Source: Guillardia theta CCMP2712 (taxonomy: Eukaryota; Protista; Cryptophyta). From it: 64,000 bases of DNA. The translations under genes were made by a program, and so were the position numbers. Of this stretch, positions 11,031 to 22,416 are shown in pieces. The notes beneath the pieces were generated by a model. It was not told the origin of the DNA, did no database searches, and worked only from the letters and a program-made list of their open reading frames with translations. The stretch is from NCBI RefSeq assembly GCF_000315625.1, contig NW_005434659.1, positions 280,494 to 344,493 of the forward strand, written 5' to 3'. Every line of letters begins with the position of its first letter. The stretch's first letter is position 1.

Positions 11031-12765
11031 AGTTATGATTTCGATTGTTTCTGATAAGTCTTGCTCGTTCATGTTCTTTATGAAATAGAGATTTTTGTTT
11101 CATCAGAGTGAAATCATACAAGTATCTAAAGTAAACATCAAAGTTTTTCTTTATTTTCTTGATTGTCATGAGTGTATCTACTATTTGAAATTTATCGATG
11201 ATATTCTTCGTCCACATCAACATCCGAAAAATGTCTGCTTGTCGAACCCATCACTCATCTCCATTCGCGCACGACCAAGTCCAAACTTGTAGCGAATGTG
11301 CAGGACGTTGTCTTGCTCTCGTAGGAGCTGAATGGATGAAGCAAGGAAAATCAGGCAACATAGGGGAATACTGTCAAAGACAATAATTGCAACAAGAGCA
11401 TTTCAGCTGTCTCTTCCGAGCAACTCAGTGTCAAAGGGCAAGCAATGTTGTACGACGAAGACAGCATCTGCCCTCGTATCAGGATGATACGTCAGTAACC
11501 AAACGGTTTAAGTGAGTCTATTGCAAACCTTGACCTGATCATGATTCGCAGTAGGTGCTAAAGATTCATCGGGCTTGCACATATCCCTCGTCCTTTCGTT
11601 GTAACAAGTGTGCATGATATGATTTTGGAGACTACACATCCTACCACATCTACATCGCAAAACGAGCCTCACTTTTAATTTTCTGTTGCTTTTGACTTGC
11701 AGATGAGAATAGATTCATACCAATCAACATGTGCAACAGAACGAGGGTCGATGATAAGCCAACTATCTTTGTTTCATCAAACACTCTCTGGCTGATGCTT
11801 GGTCGATCTCGTCTGAAATAAGGTTTGTAATCGACAGTCTACAACTTATATGTCAAATTCATCATTCCATGCTTAACTTGGGCTATTTCACCATCATGCA
11901 AGCTCTGAAAATTGAGTATATCTGTCAATGGCTTGATCCAGTATGCGTTTCCTTTTTGTGATACGGTTTACAAACTGTACGTTATGTGGGTGAACGTGTG
12001 AGTTGCAACATATGTTGAATCAATGTTTGTAAGTCATGGATCTGTTGATAGTTTCTCTGCTTTCTCGTCATGTTTTCAGCCTCTTGCTCGTTTCGATCTT
12101 CCTTCTCCACCAGTCATTTTTGCAACGGGGGGTTTGTGAGTAAAACATCGCAATTAGTTGTCAGTAGAAAAATCAAGTCCGCCTCACCAATAATATTACA
12201 AAACCCCAAAGTCAGCATCTCATTCCTATGCTTGTTGCGGCGAAAAGATATGGCTGTTACATGTCTAACCACTTTCCGTTATGACAGTTAACGCTGTCTC
12301 TTCGCCATGGCGGAAGATGCTGCGGCTTCGTCCAGGTGCTCATGGAGGTGGAGAGAGGAGAGTGGAGGTGGAGAGAAGCGAAGTTGGAGGAGGAGAGAAG
12401 GGGATAGAGAGACTATGGTAGTGCTGTAGGTGCTGTAGGTAAGGAAGGTCTGTAAACAGACAAGAAGGCTTCTACTTTCAGGTAGTATAGAACGCAGTGA
12501 ACTGGCTCAGTGGGGGGTTATGGAATGGAAGAATGTGGAGAACCGGGAGTATTGATAAGATTGGATGGAAAGTTTAGATGGGCAATGATTTGTAGACCAA
12601 AAGAGTGCTGCAGCTGGAATTTAGATGATCTTGACAAGGGATTGAGAAATTTTTGTTGTGTCTACTCTTAAAATTCGACTATTTGCGGTGCATCTTTGTG
12701 AGCGCGTCCATTCTCTTTTGATTATATTTGAAGAGAAGTTTTGCTCAACTCAAAACGATCGAGCC

Positions 12766-14075
12766 ATGACTTATGTCCTTGCTTCCAGGAGGCGGCTGGA
12801 TACGAAGCATTTGTTAATAACAGCAGCTTCGTCACTGCTTTTCATTGGAATCATCGTAGCTACATTGGATGCAAAGGTTTGGTCTTGCCGATTTACTTCT
12901 TTCTCTTTGTGATGTATGCTTTCAGAGTCGTCAGCCCAGCGTCTTGCTGCAGTCTGCTTGGAGCAGGCTCCCTACTAAACCACAAGGAACCAGAGGCAGC
13001 TCTCCTATCCGTGCCAACGATGTGGCCAAGACGCCGATCAGCTACAGGTTGAGGGGCGCCGTCGAGCCTAGCATGGAGAATGGAGCAATTAGCGCGGATG
13101 CTCGAAGACTTCAAGAGAACCTCCGCAAGTACCACGAAAGAGTGAAGGGCACCGAGAACGAGTGGAGTCATGTGTACAAGAAGAAACTACAGGGGTTCAA
13201 GAATGTAGCGATCCAACCGAACCTCAGGAACTTGCCCCCAGGATTTCATGTGCTGAAGCCGGGACAGAAGTTGCCAGCTGGTGCGAAGATCGTGTACCCC
13301 ATCATGATTCAGCCCACCGGGGGGAGGAATCCTTCCTTCAAGTCCGTTTCCTCGCCGAGGTCTGCAACTCTTTTGAGAGCTAATACGAACATGCTCGACG
13401 AGGCTCCCGAAGAAGCAGCGGCAGCTAGTGGTGAAGGGGAGGAGGCGGAGGAGGCGGAAGAAGCACCCCGTTCACCTCCTCCTGTAGTGATGACAGCGCA
13501 AGAAAAGATCGATCTTGCCAACCAGGAACACCAAGAAGCTCGTATGGAGAGGAGGGTTGCTGGGGAATACAGGACTCAGGTTCCATATTCTGAATCTTTG
13601 GGCTGCCCTGACATGGAGACAGGCTCAAACCTTGGAGCGAGAGGGTGTGCAACTCATTCAGAGCGGCTGGAAGAGACATCAGGACGCCGAAAAGGTTGGA
13701 ATGATGCTCGCGACCGAACAGAGTGGATGACATTGTTTTCCTAGTCTTTGAAGGACGCACTAGGGAAGGTTGATGAAGCTGATGAAATGATCACCAACTC
13801 CAACAAGATTAAGGACTTGGCTAACGCCCACCGCGGCGACACTCTGGCGACCCAGGTATGGCGCATCTCCTCCGATCTCACCATCTAATTGAATCTTCTG
13901 GCTAGATGGAGACAATCGCATCTGAACTGTCGGCTGCATCAGAGGAGAAGGCTGCTGAGGCTGAGAAGCTGCAGAGTGAAGCTGACTCCTACAAGGTTTC
14001 CTTGGTTTCTGGTTTTCCCGTTCATGATTTTTTTTCGTGCAGGATTCCGGTGAATCAGAGGCTGCAGCAAGATAA
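12766..14075 (+). CDS. Hypothetical type II membrane protein with acidic/coiled-coil C-terminus; multi-exon
   Basis: MTYVLASRRRLDTKHLLITAASSLLFIGIIVATLDAK (TM), intron, main ORF 12926-~13575, then short exons ending DSGESEAAAR*. Confidence 0.6.
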
Positions 14076-14252
14076 AGATGAAATATTAAATTTTTTGAAA
14101 AGGAATCGTTGATTTCACACACTAAAACACCTCTGATTCGTTTGTCTACACTAAAGAGTTTACCATCCTGACTGGCAACGAGGGACTCGAAACAGTAACG
14201 AGCTATCTACACAAAATCTGCAAGAACAATCGCTCTCGTTCACCTCCACCTT

Positions 14253-14597
14253 TCAATCTTTGCGAAGTTGGAGCTTCAAAGCAGGGAAAGACACAACCGG
14301 AGGAGAAACGAAAAGCGCAATTTCCGTTCGCGTAGTCGAAAAATTTTCCCAGACCTGCTTCCAATTGGGGCACTCCAGTTTGTGGTAAGGATGCTCTTTG
14401 GGCTTGATATAAGATCCTTGCAGCTTCTCCGCTAATTCTGCAGTGAGAGCCTCCTCGCATCCTGGAGCTGGCAACCCGCACAGGTTCTCCAGGAACCTCG
14501 GGCAAGAAACTGAGCTGCACGAGCTGACAGCTTCAGAATATGCCAACAAAATTGACAATAGGCAGCAAAGAAACAAGAGGTTACTCTTCTTCATCAT
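14253..14597 (-). CDS. Small secreted Cys-containing protein
   Basis: MMKKSNLLFLCCLLSILLAYSEA signal peptide followed by several Cys. Probable intron after CPNWKQ; 3' end uncertain. Confidence 0.5.
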   Translation of the reverse strand: MMKKSNLLFLCCLLSILLAYSEAVSSCSSVSCPRFLENLCGLPAPGCEEALTAELAEKLQGSYIKPKEHPYHKLECPNWKQVWENFSTTRTEIALFVSPPVVSFPALKLQLRKD

Positions 14598-15951
14598 ATG
14601 TGTTGCCAAACAGAAATGAACTGGGCCGACGATCGTCAGAAATACTGATGGACCCCCAAAATGAGCTGAAATGCAGATCTAGTGCCTTTTGCTAGAATGG
14701 CGTGGGCATAAAGAGCTTCACAGGGAAGGCTGGTGGTCAAGACTAAGTTCAAGATTGACTCAAGTCGGAAAGAAAAGAGAATTCGGTACGTTTGGGGCTC
14801 ACGAAGCAACGGAGGTAGGAGGATGGGAGACCCTGAGGCAGGTCTGAGACCGACAAGGGGCAAGGAGAAGGAGAGAATCTATGATTCAGGGAGAGAGTCG
14901 AGGGGGGCGGATCAGATCAATGAAGCAGGTGAAAGGAGGGAGCAGGAGGAGCAGGAAGGAGATGTGAGGAGGAACGGCGGTAGCTGGCAGAAGAGGCAAG
15001 GTGCTGAAGGGCGGGAAGGAGAACAATAGGGACGCAACAGCCATACGAGCCCCTGGGGGTAGGGTACTAATTGATAGAATAGTAGGGTCAACATGCTGGG
15101 TTGTGAGGGGTGGGGCAGTAAGTGGTGGCCATGTGGGTGGGTCAATTTTCTGCTGTAAATCAGGGGTACTACGGTCTTAAAGGGAATGGAAGTTTTAGAC
15201 CTCGTTGATGAAAGAGGTGCTTTTTGGGTGGGGGGGGGGGTAGGGGTCCTGACAAAGGCCTTGGGCAGGGAAACCATTTTACAAATAATTTTAAATGAAG
15301 GGCATTGGTACCCTTTATTGGTTCTAGAAATTCTTATCTGTCTTGAAACAGGTCCTATGATGGTCTTATGACTGTAGTGAGCAGTCGTAGTTGGAGATCT
15401 GTACTATAGATACAATCTTTGCACCTTAAATATATATTTTTTGTACTGGGACAGCTCACAAGTACAGTGATTTTCTAGGCAGTAGAAGTTTTTCTATGAC
15501 CCTTCTATGACATCATAGGCTGAGTGACATAATACTTTATTGAAGCCCCTGATAGGACCAAATACAAGCTCCTATATACCCTACTCTGTGATAGGACCAT
15601 GCTAGGACAAGTCAACCAGCAGACGGTATCTGAGGAATCAGATTGCAACGGTTGGTGTCATTTGAGATATCGGTGGTAGCTAACGAGCACATTGGGGTGT
15701 AAGTGTCAAAAATGAATTAAGAACCCCTACTTTACCGTAAATACCTGGGTGGTGTATGGTATTCACGAAAGTGGTTGGTAGGGGTGGTTCTTGCTATGGG
15801 GGGTGAAGATTTGTGGAAGGCAGGACAAACTCTTGTAAGTGGATCCTTGCTGCCTTTTTCTCAGGTTCTACCTGGTGCGCGCTCGGACTCAGTAGTGAAT
15901 GCTTGAAAAAAAAATGTTCTTTGTTTTCTTGTAAAAGGAGCACCCCGAGAA

Positions 15952-18095
15952 ATGGCGCAGGCTATGGCAGCGATGGTGGGAGCAGCGGGTGTGCGGCTGG
16001 TGAGGGAGAAGAAGTCACGCGGAGGAGTGCGAACATAATATCTTAATGCAGGCATCAGACTTGATGGATCACTCCATAGAGTTGATGAAGGTGAACCTGG
16101 AGAAGGAGCGGATCGAGAGGGAAAAGGAGCACTTGTAAGGCGTCTGCTATGCGCGCATTGCGCGGGACCAAACTGAGTATTTCAAAACAGCCAATTAGAG
16201 ATAGAATGGGCAAAGGAAGATTCGCGCTTCAGGGTAAGAAGTCCACATTCTCCTCGTCCATCACCTTGTGGGAGGCTGATTTTTTCGTTTTCCAAATAGG
16301 ATCTACAGCGAAATTGGTAATGGCAACCCTGAACAATGTTGTTTGAGACATGAAGCAGGCGAAAACTTGAAGATAAACGCAGACGAACATCTGAGAAGAT
16401 GGTATAGAGTCCAAGAGCACTTCTTGTAGTTTGCAGGATCTGATCATGATGAAGACCCAGCTGTCATTACTAGCAAGACTGTCTGCTTTGATGGGAGGGT
16501 TTCAGGTACAGGATTCAAAGATGAATATGAGGTGAATGCAGGGCAGGTCGCGATGTTTATCAATCAGGGGTTACCCGGTTTGACGGATTCGTGGCCTTCT
16601 TTTGCGGTAGACCCACTGCATCGCGAGTCTCAATCGTGACTGATGTTTTGTTTCATACCAAAGAATGCAACTCTATCACCAAAAGGTATCGACGCGAAGA
16701 AGCTCCTTTGAGGCTCTATTCTCATGATGTGATCTAGGGGTTGGAACTGTCTGGTATCACAACTGGCAATTGCAGGATGAGCTCATCGCTATCTGGGCAG
16801 CCATCAGCGTGCTTGTGATTTGCATCTTTTCCATTGCTATGATATCGTTCCTCTAAGCATGGTTGAAGGTGATTGTGGTCAACTTCTCGATCATGATCAT
16901 GGCTTCCCTGATGCAACTTCAAATAGCGCAGCACACCTACAAGGTACAGTGATGGCGACTTGATTTCTCTTTTCACTGCATTGTGATTGGAGCGCATAGG
17001 AAGGTGACTTTCCGATCCATGATTCTGAGAGGTGAGGACAAACATTTCTCCTGTGGAGAAACTCGAGGTAAGGGTGAGCTTTCATCTTCAGATACAGCGC
17101 AGCGAACCCCGATGGGCTCATCATTGAATCACAAGAATTCCTCCTCTTCTGGAACCTGACATGCGACCACAAGTGCGATAGTTGAGCGGAGAGTGTCCCT
17201 ATACTAACCGATGCGCAGGTTCATAGTGATGATGAAGGTTTTCTCATGGGGCATCCCCCTCTACTTCGCAAGTCTTGCCCTTGGAGTGAGGGCACTTCTC
17301 TGTCACGTTTCCCGGTCACTGACTCGCAGCAGGTCATCCTCAAGTTCTACATGTCGACAGTCGCAGCCTTGATCAGCGCCATGGTTGTTTCCTTCGCTTG
17401 TCACGCACTCTGATGCTACTGACTCTGCGTGCTCTGAATGGCTCCAGCCTTGTGTTGCCTTCACCCGCATGTGAGGGACTTTTCATCTTCCATCTTGGCT
17501 GAAAGGTTGCCAGATGGTGGCACTATCACTCCGGGCTCATCTCATACATCACGTTCCGTGCAGCGGGTGCGGACGATGATGCAGGTCAGTGCCTCTACCC
17601 CTTGTGCCGCTGACTTCTCGAGATCACGGCCGGTTGACAGGGCGTTACGAAAGTTCGATCAAGCAAGAGGCTTCGCTGACTCCTCCGCAGCGTCGCGTAC
17701 CTGCAGGGGTTACGCAGCTGAGCGGGAGGTGAGCTCTAGAAGGCTGCATGATGAACGGCTGAGCATGTTCAGGGCAAGCCGTGGTGCGGAGCTTGGGGAG
17801 GAGGAGGAGGAGGAGGAGGAGGAGGAGGAGGAGGAAGAGGTGGAAGGGGATCAAGCTGAGTCATCGGGGGATATCCATGAACAAGATTCAGAGGAAGAGT
17901 TTTTCGATCTTCATGATATTGACATGTCAGTGAGGTTTCTTTCTTTTTCCATCCCACTGACATTCGATCGGCTCAACGCGATGCAGTGAGGAGGTCAACG
18001 GCAGCCTGACGAGCGTCAGCCGGAGGTTTGCGCGAAGTCAAGAAGGAGGTGGAGTAGGAGGAGATGAAGAGAGAATAAGGAGCAAATCACAGTGA
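15952..18095 (+). CDS. ORAI: Orai (CRAC channel, PF07856-like) homologue; many short exons
   Basis: Hand-spliced: KTQLSLLARLSALMGGFQVAMFIN (TM1, cf. Orai SALLSGFAMVAMVE), LIAIWAAISVL/VIVVNFSIMIMASLM (TM2), FLLFWNLTCDHK...VFSWGIPLYFASLALGVILKFY (TM3, cf. FSxGIPLFL...WVKF). N-terminal coiled coil ending EWAKED. 3' end approximate. Confidence 0.75.
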
Positions 18096-18357
18096 TTATC
18101 GGACGGCAGTGAAGTAATGAACATGTCACAACGCTGCACCGGCGGTAGCCGGGACCTACGGACCGTTCACGGTTCGACATGTCGCAGCATTTGACCGCGG
18201 GACGAGGTAGCTCAGTCACATTGAAGACTGCGCAGCCTCGGAAGATGGACTGGGAGAGCCGCTCAGGAGTCCGCGGCCCCGGCGGGGGGAAGAGAGCACT
18301 CGGAGCAGAACTTCGCAACCCAACTCAGCCCTTACGGCGTAAGGGCTGAGTGGGTTT

Positions 18358-18474
18358 GGTTCTCGCTGTCTTTCTCTTCTCGCCGTTTGGCCTGTGCGAC
18401 AGTGTCAGGGTCAAGCCTCCTCGACTCTCCTGATTGTCCTCGTACTGATCTTTAACTTAACTTTGAGTAAAAGG
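18358..18474 (+). mobile_element. Right arm of the MITE-like element
   Basis: GGTTCTCGCTGTC...GTGCGACAGTGTCAGGGTCAAGCCTCCTCGACTCTCCTGATTGTCCTCGTACTGATCTTTAACTTAACTTTGAGTAAAAGG, near-identical to 56380-56494. Confidence 0.8.
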
Positions 18475-19437
18475 TAGGCTGAGTGTAATGTCTTTTACTT
18501 GAAATGCAACTCACCCCCCACCCCCCGGGCCCGGACCGGGCAAGTTGAACGCTGGGCCGGGGGCCGGCGGCGGCCCCCGGCGGGCCCGGCCGAACCCGGG
18601 GCGGGCCTGCCCGGTGGCTCGGGAGGGGATGAGGCCACATAGTTTTTTTTTGAGGGGATTCGAGAAGGGCAGCTAATGCAGGGAGAGGAGCGGAGGAGCG
18701 GAGGAGAGGAGCGGAGGAGAGGAGCGTAGGATGGAGGAGGGATAAGGAGAGGGACGGAGGATGAAAGGAGACCATGGGCGATGAAAGAGCAGAGATCAGG
18801 ATACAGGAGGAGAGACAGGGGAAAGAAAAGTTTCAAGGTTCACAAAATGAGCAAAGGAAGATAGAGATGCGGGAGAAATTCACGAGAGGCAAGAAAGAAG
18901 AAGGAAGAAAATTTGAGAGTTATGAGGGATTGAAGTTGTAAAAGAGTAAAATTGAGGATAAAGGCAGGAAGGTGTTTTTGGTAACATATGGGCAGGCAGG
19001 AAGGTGCTTTTGGCAAGTTATGGGCAATAAGAGCATGACGAATGTTTGTTAGTAACATAAACTGAACTCGAATAGATGAGAAGAGGCAGTTACATCAATG
19101 AGCAGATGCATGTGCATGAAGCAAAAATTAGTAACTTCCATAATTGACAGCACAGTGTAAGATGCACTTTGTTGGAAGTGCGCATGTGGGGAATTGAAAA
19201 TTTATCACTGAAACAGCAACAATGTAGTAATGTAAGGATGGAAATCTAACACAAAGAACTCAGTGGTATAGAGGACTAGCAGCAGGGTAACATGGAAGTT
19301 GAACACAATCAAGGCCAAAAGAGCGGTAGAGGAAGGACAGCACTGTCAAATCCCGATGTCAAGCGTCACATTTCAATCAGTTCAATTATTTTTCTGATAT
19401 CTCTGCTCTTTGCCAGGAGAGCTCGAAGCTTGTCGCC

Positions 19438-19817
19438 ATGGCAAAGCATCATCCCGATTTGATCATGTGCAGAAAGCAGCCAGGCATTGCCATCGGTCGC
19501 CTTTGTGAGAAGTGTGACGGGAAATGTGTCATTTGCGATTCTTATGTCAGGTTAGTGAAGTTTCTATCCTTTATCTCTCTTCTGACATTTATCCCAGACC
19601 GCACACTATGGTCCGCATCTGCGATGAATGTAACTATGGTTCGTATGAAGGGCGTTGTGTGATCTGTGGAGGAATGGGAATCTCCGATGCCTTCTACTGC
19701 AAGGAATGCACCGTCCAGGAGAAGGACCGCGATGGCTGCCCGAAGATCGTCAACCTGGGAAGTGCAAAGACCGATCTCTTCTACGAGCGGAAGAAGTATG
19801 GTTTCAAAAAGCGCTGA
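19438..19817 (+). CDS. PHF5A: PHD finger-like domain protein 5A (SF3b subunit, Rds3); one intron at ~19551-19598
   Basis: [38 protein letters not shown]|[20 protein letters not shown]...[29 protein letters not shown], essentially the canonical sequence. Confidence 0.98.
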
Positions 19818-20056
19818 TCTTGGTGCCTCGCCCATTTTTTCCAGCTGCAGCAGGAGAAGTCTTCCTGCTCAGTGAGGTTTTTCAGTCTCCTCGGTGCCTG
19901 AGGGGCAACAGGCATGCGATGAGGAAGAAGTGGCGCGAGGTCAAGAAGTTGTCTGAGCTCAATGATAAGGATTTTAAGTGCTTGCTGTCTAATGCAAGAG
20001 TAAATCATCGGGAATCGCATGAGGAGGGATGGAATTACCTGTGTGTCCCAGCTTGG

Positions 20057-21984
20057 TTACTTGTTCCATCCTCCTCCCCAATTTTTCTGCCAGTGATGAA
20101 CAGCGAAGGCGTTGCCAAAGTTTCTGTTGCTTCCTTTGTCCATTTCCCACCATCCATACCTAATGACGGAAAGTTAGATGTTGGAATCGAAGTATTCAAC
20201 CGCACGGGTAGAAGAATTCTCTTGTGAACACCTAGTAAGCAAGTTTACTCTCGATATCACAACATGATCTCAAAGTCACCACAGCTCTCCCGGCCTTGAG
20301 CTCCTCAAAGAGCACCTTCGATGCTCTTCCTCGGAGATCTTGATTCGCCATCTCTACTGCATCATCCAGCTAAACAGCAGGTAACAGCTGTCAGTTCAAG
20401 GTGATCATATGCTCGAGGGCGGGTTACTTCGCAAGCTCCTTCTTCCGCAGACATGCACGCGAGAGCCCCACTGTCGTCACCCAGTAGAGTATGACTGGAG
20501 CGAGTAGATAGCAAGGAGCTAGCTCACGCATAAGTGTTGGTCCAAAAGTACGGACCCGTCTTGTGATTGGGATCTTGGCCAAGGTTCTCAGCAACCTGAA
20601 CACGTATCAATCTTATGAGGTCGAGACGAGTCTCGGGTACCTGGGCAGGTAGGCCGTCTATCAAGGTTCGTATCACGTCGTTGTTTGCGGTTGCGCCGAA
20701 CAGGGACGGGCAGACCCAGATATCACCCACACCGTTCCCCCAGACCTTCGACAGGGATCTCAATTGGTAAGGACGTTTGCCAGAATCCAAAAGGGATGTA
20801 GTTACCTCGATTTCCATGTCCTTTTCTGCACCAACGAAGAAAGATAGAGAAGCTTTTTTTGCTCTTGGATCAGGAAAGATTCGGAAGCTTCGATGAGTCA
20901 TACCTATCAGGTCGTCTATAGGTTTGAGTGCCTCGAAATCCGTATCGATGTATATGCCACCAAACCTGCACATCGCATCAGATCAAATTGTCCGATGATC
21001 ATTGGACAAAGAAAACTTTACCTTTCAACCACTTCGAGTCTTACAATATCTGACAACTCTGTGAATAGAAAGTTCATAATCAATCCCATGGACGTCAAAA
21101 GGCATGTTAAAAGTCTTGGCAAACCTGCAAATGTATCTGCTTGGTTAACGAGGGCCTGGTTGTGAAGTGGCCAAGTGATCATATCATCTGTCCAGACCAC
21201 AAACTGCCATTGTGGATGTCTGCAATTTTTCCATGTCACAGGAGAAGGACAATCAGTCGTTGAGTTACAGCTGCTTCCAAGTATCCATGTAAGCATGAAA
21301 CTTATCTGGAACCTCTCGCCTACCCCCCCATCTGTGATATCCTACCCAGACCTGCAGCAAAGTTACCCGACCTCCGCTATGTGGGGCAACGAGCACCCAG
21401 TGGAATATCCTCGGGATCCTCCCCATCCTCCCCATCTCCGCGTCTCTGGTTATCACGCATGTCCCGTTCACCGCATGGAGGCAGTCGTCCTCATGCGGCT
21501 GGAGACCCGGCACCCATGTCAGCAGAGGAGGATACAACACAGTGCAGTCGAACACTTCCTACCTTACACGTGCTTCGTTCCCTCCAGGGAACCACTGGGA
21601 CTACATCAAACTCCACAGACTCGTCCGGATCCTGCATACATCATTTCAGCGCGCGTTCTGCGCCGATCCCCTCCTCTCTGAAGCCCCCAACACACAGCAC
21701 ACCTTTTCCTCCTGGTCCATAACCTCCACCTTGTTCCTCCCCAGCTGCAGCTCGTGCTCGCTGACGAGCACCGATCCCGAGCACGCCCACAAACTTCCCA
21801 CAGCCTTGGAGTTGACCAGGACAGTGACCCTGCAGGAGCCCTCCCGAGCGCTGAGGGAGAACTTGACGACGAGGTCTTGTCCTTGAGGCAGCCTCTGCCC
21901 CTCCCTAGGGCTCTCCACCCTCATCCCTTCGCACGCGCACCAGAGCAACCACAGCAGCCATGCCCCCCTCCGCATCCCCGACAT
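20057..21984 (-). CDS. DXD glycosyltransferase (GT32 / Och1-Sur1 sugar-binding family) with signal peptide; multi-exon
   Basis: IPRIFHW-VWVG, YMDTWKQL-HPQWQFVVWTD, SDIVRLEVVERFGGIYIDTDFEALKPID, TGPYFWT, C-terminal FAVHHWQKNW. Confidence 0.88.
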
Positions 21985-22416
21985 TCCTTCCCCTCATCCA
22001 GCACACCATGTTGAGTGACCAAGGACAGGACTCCGGGACCAAGGATCGGACTGGACCAAGGACTGGACCAAGGAGTGACCATCCCCGGGCCCGGCCATGG
22101 ACCTTGGCATCCTGGCCGGGCCCCGGCCCGTCCGCCCGGACTCCCGGGAGCCGGTGTAAGGCCCGGCTCCGAGGCTCAGCCTGTGAGTGACGGTCAGTTC
22201 AGCTAGTCGGACCCAGCCTGGGGTCGTCCATTTAGCCGACTGGCCAGCCATGAGTGGCCCGGTCAATTAGAGATCCTATTTATCTTCAAGTAATGAATAC
22301 AATGCTCGAGCCTGTGCTTATCCATCCGCTTCGTCCTCAGCATCATCTTTCGACCCTCTATCGTCCACATGATCTTGAATATTAATGCCTGTAAGGATCC
22401 TTGTAAGCCCCTGCAC

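Noticed and set aside
11230-12345. Possible gene between the large membrane protein and the 12766 gene
   Set aside because: Coding-like fragments occur on both strands, but no consistent spliced frame could be built.
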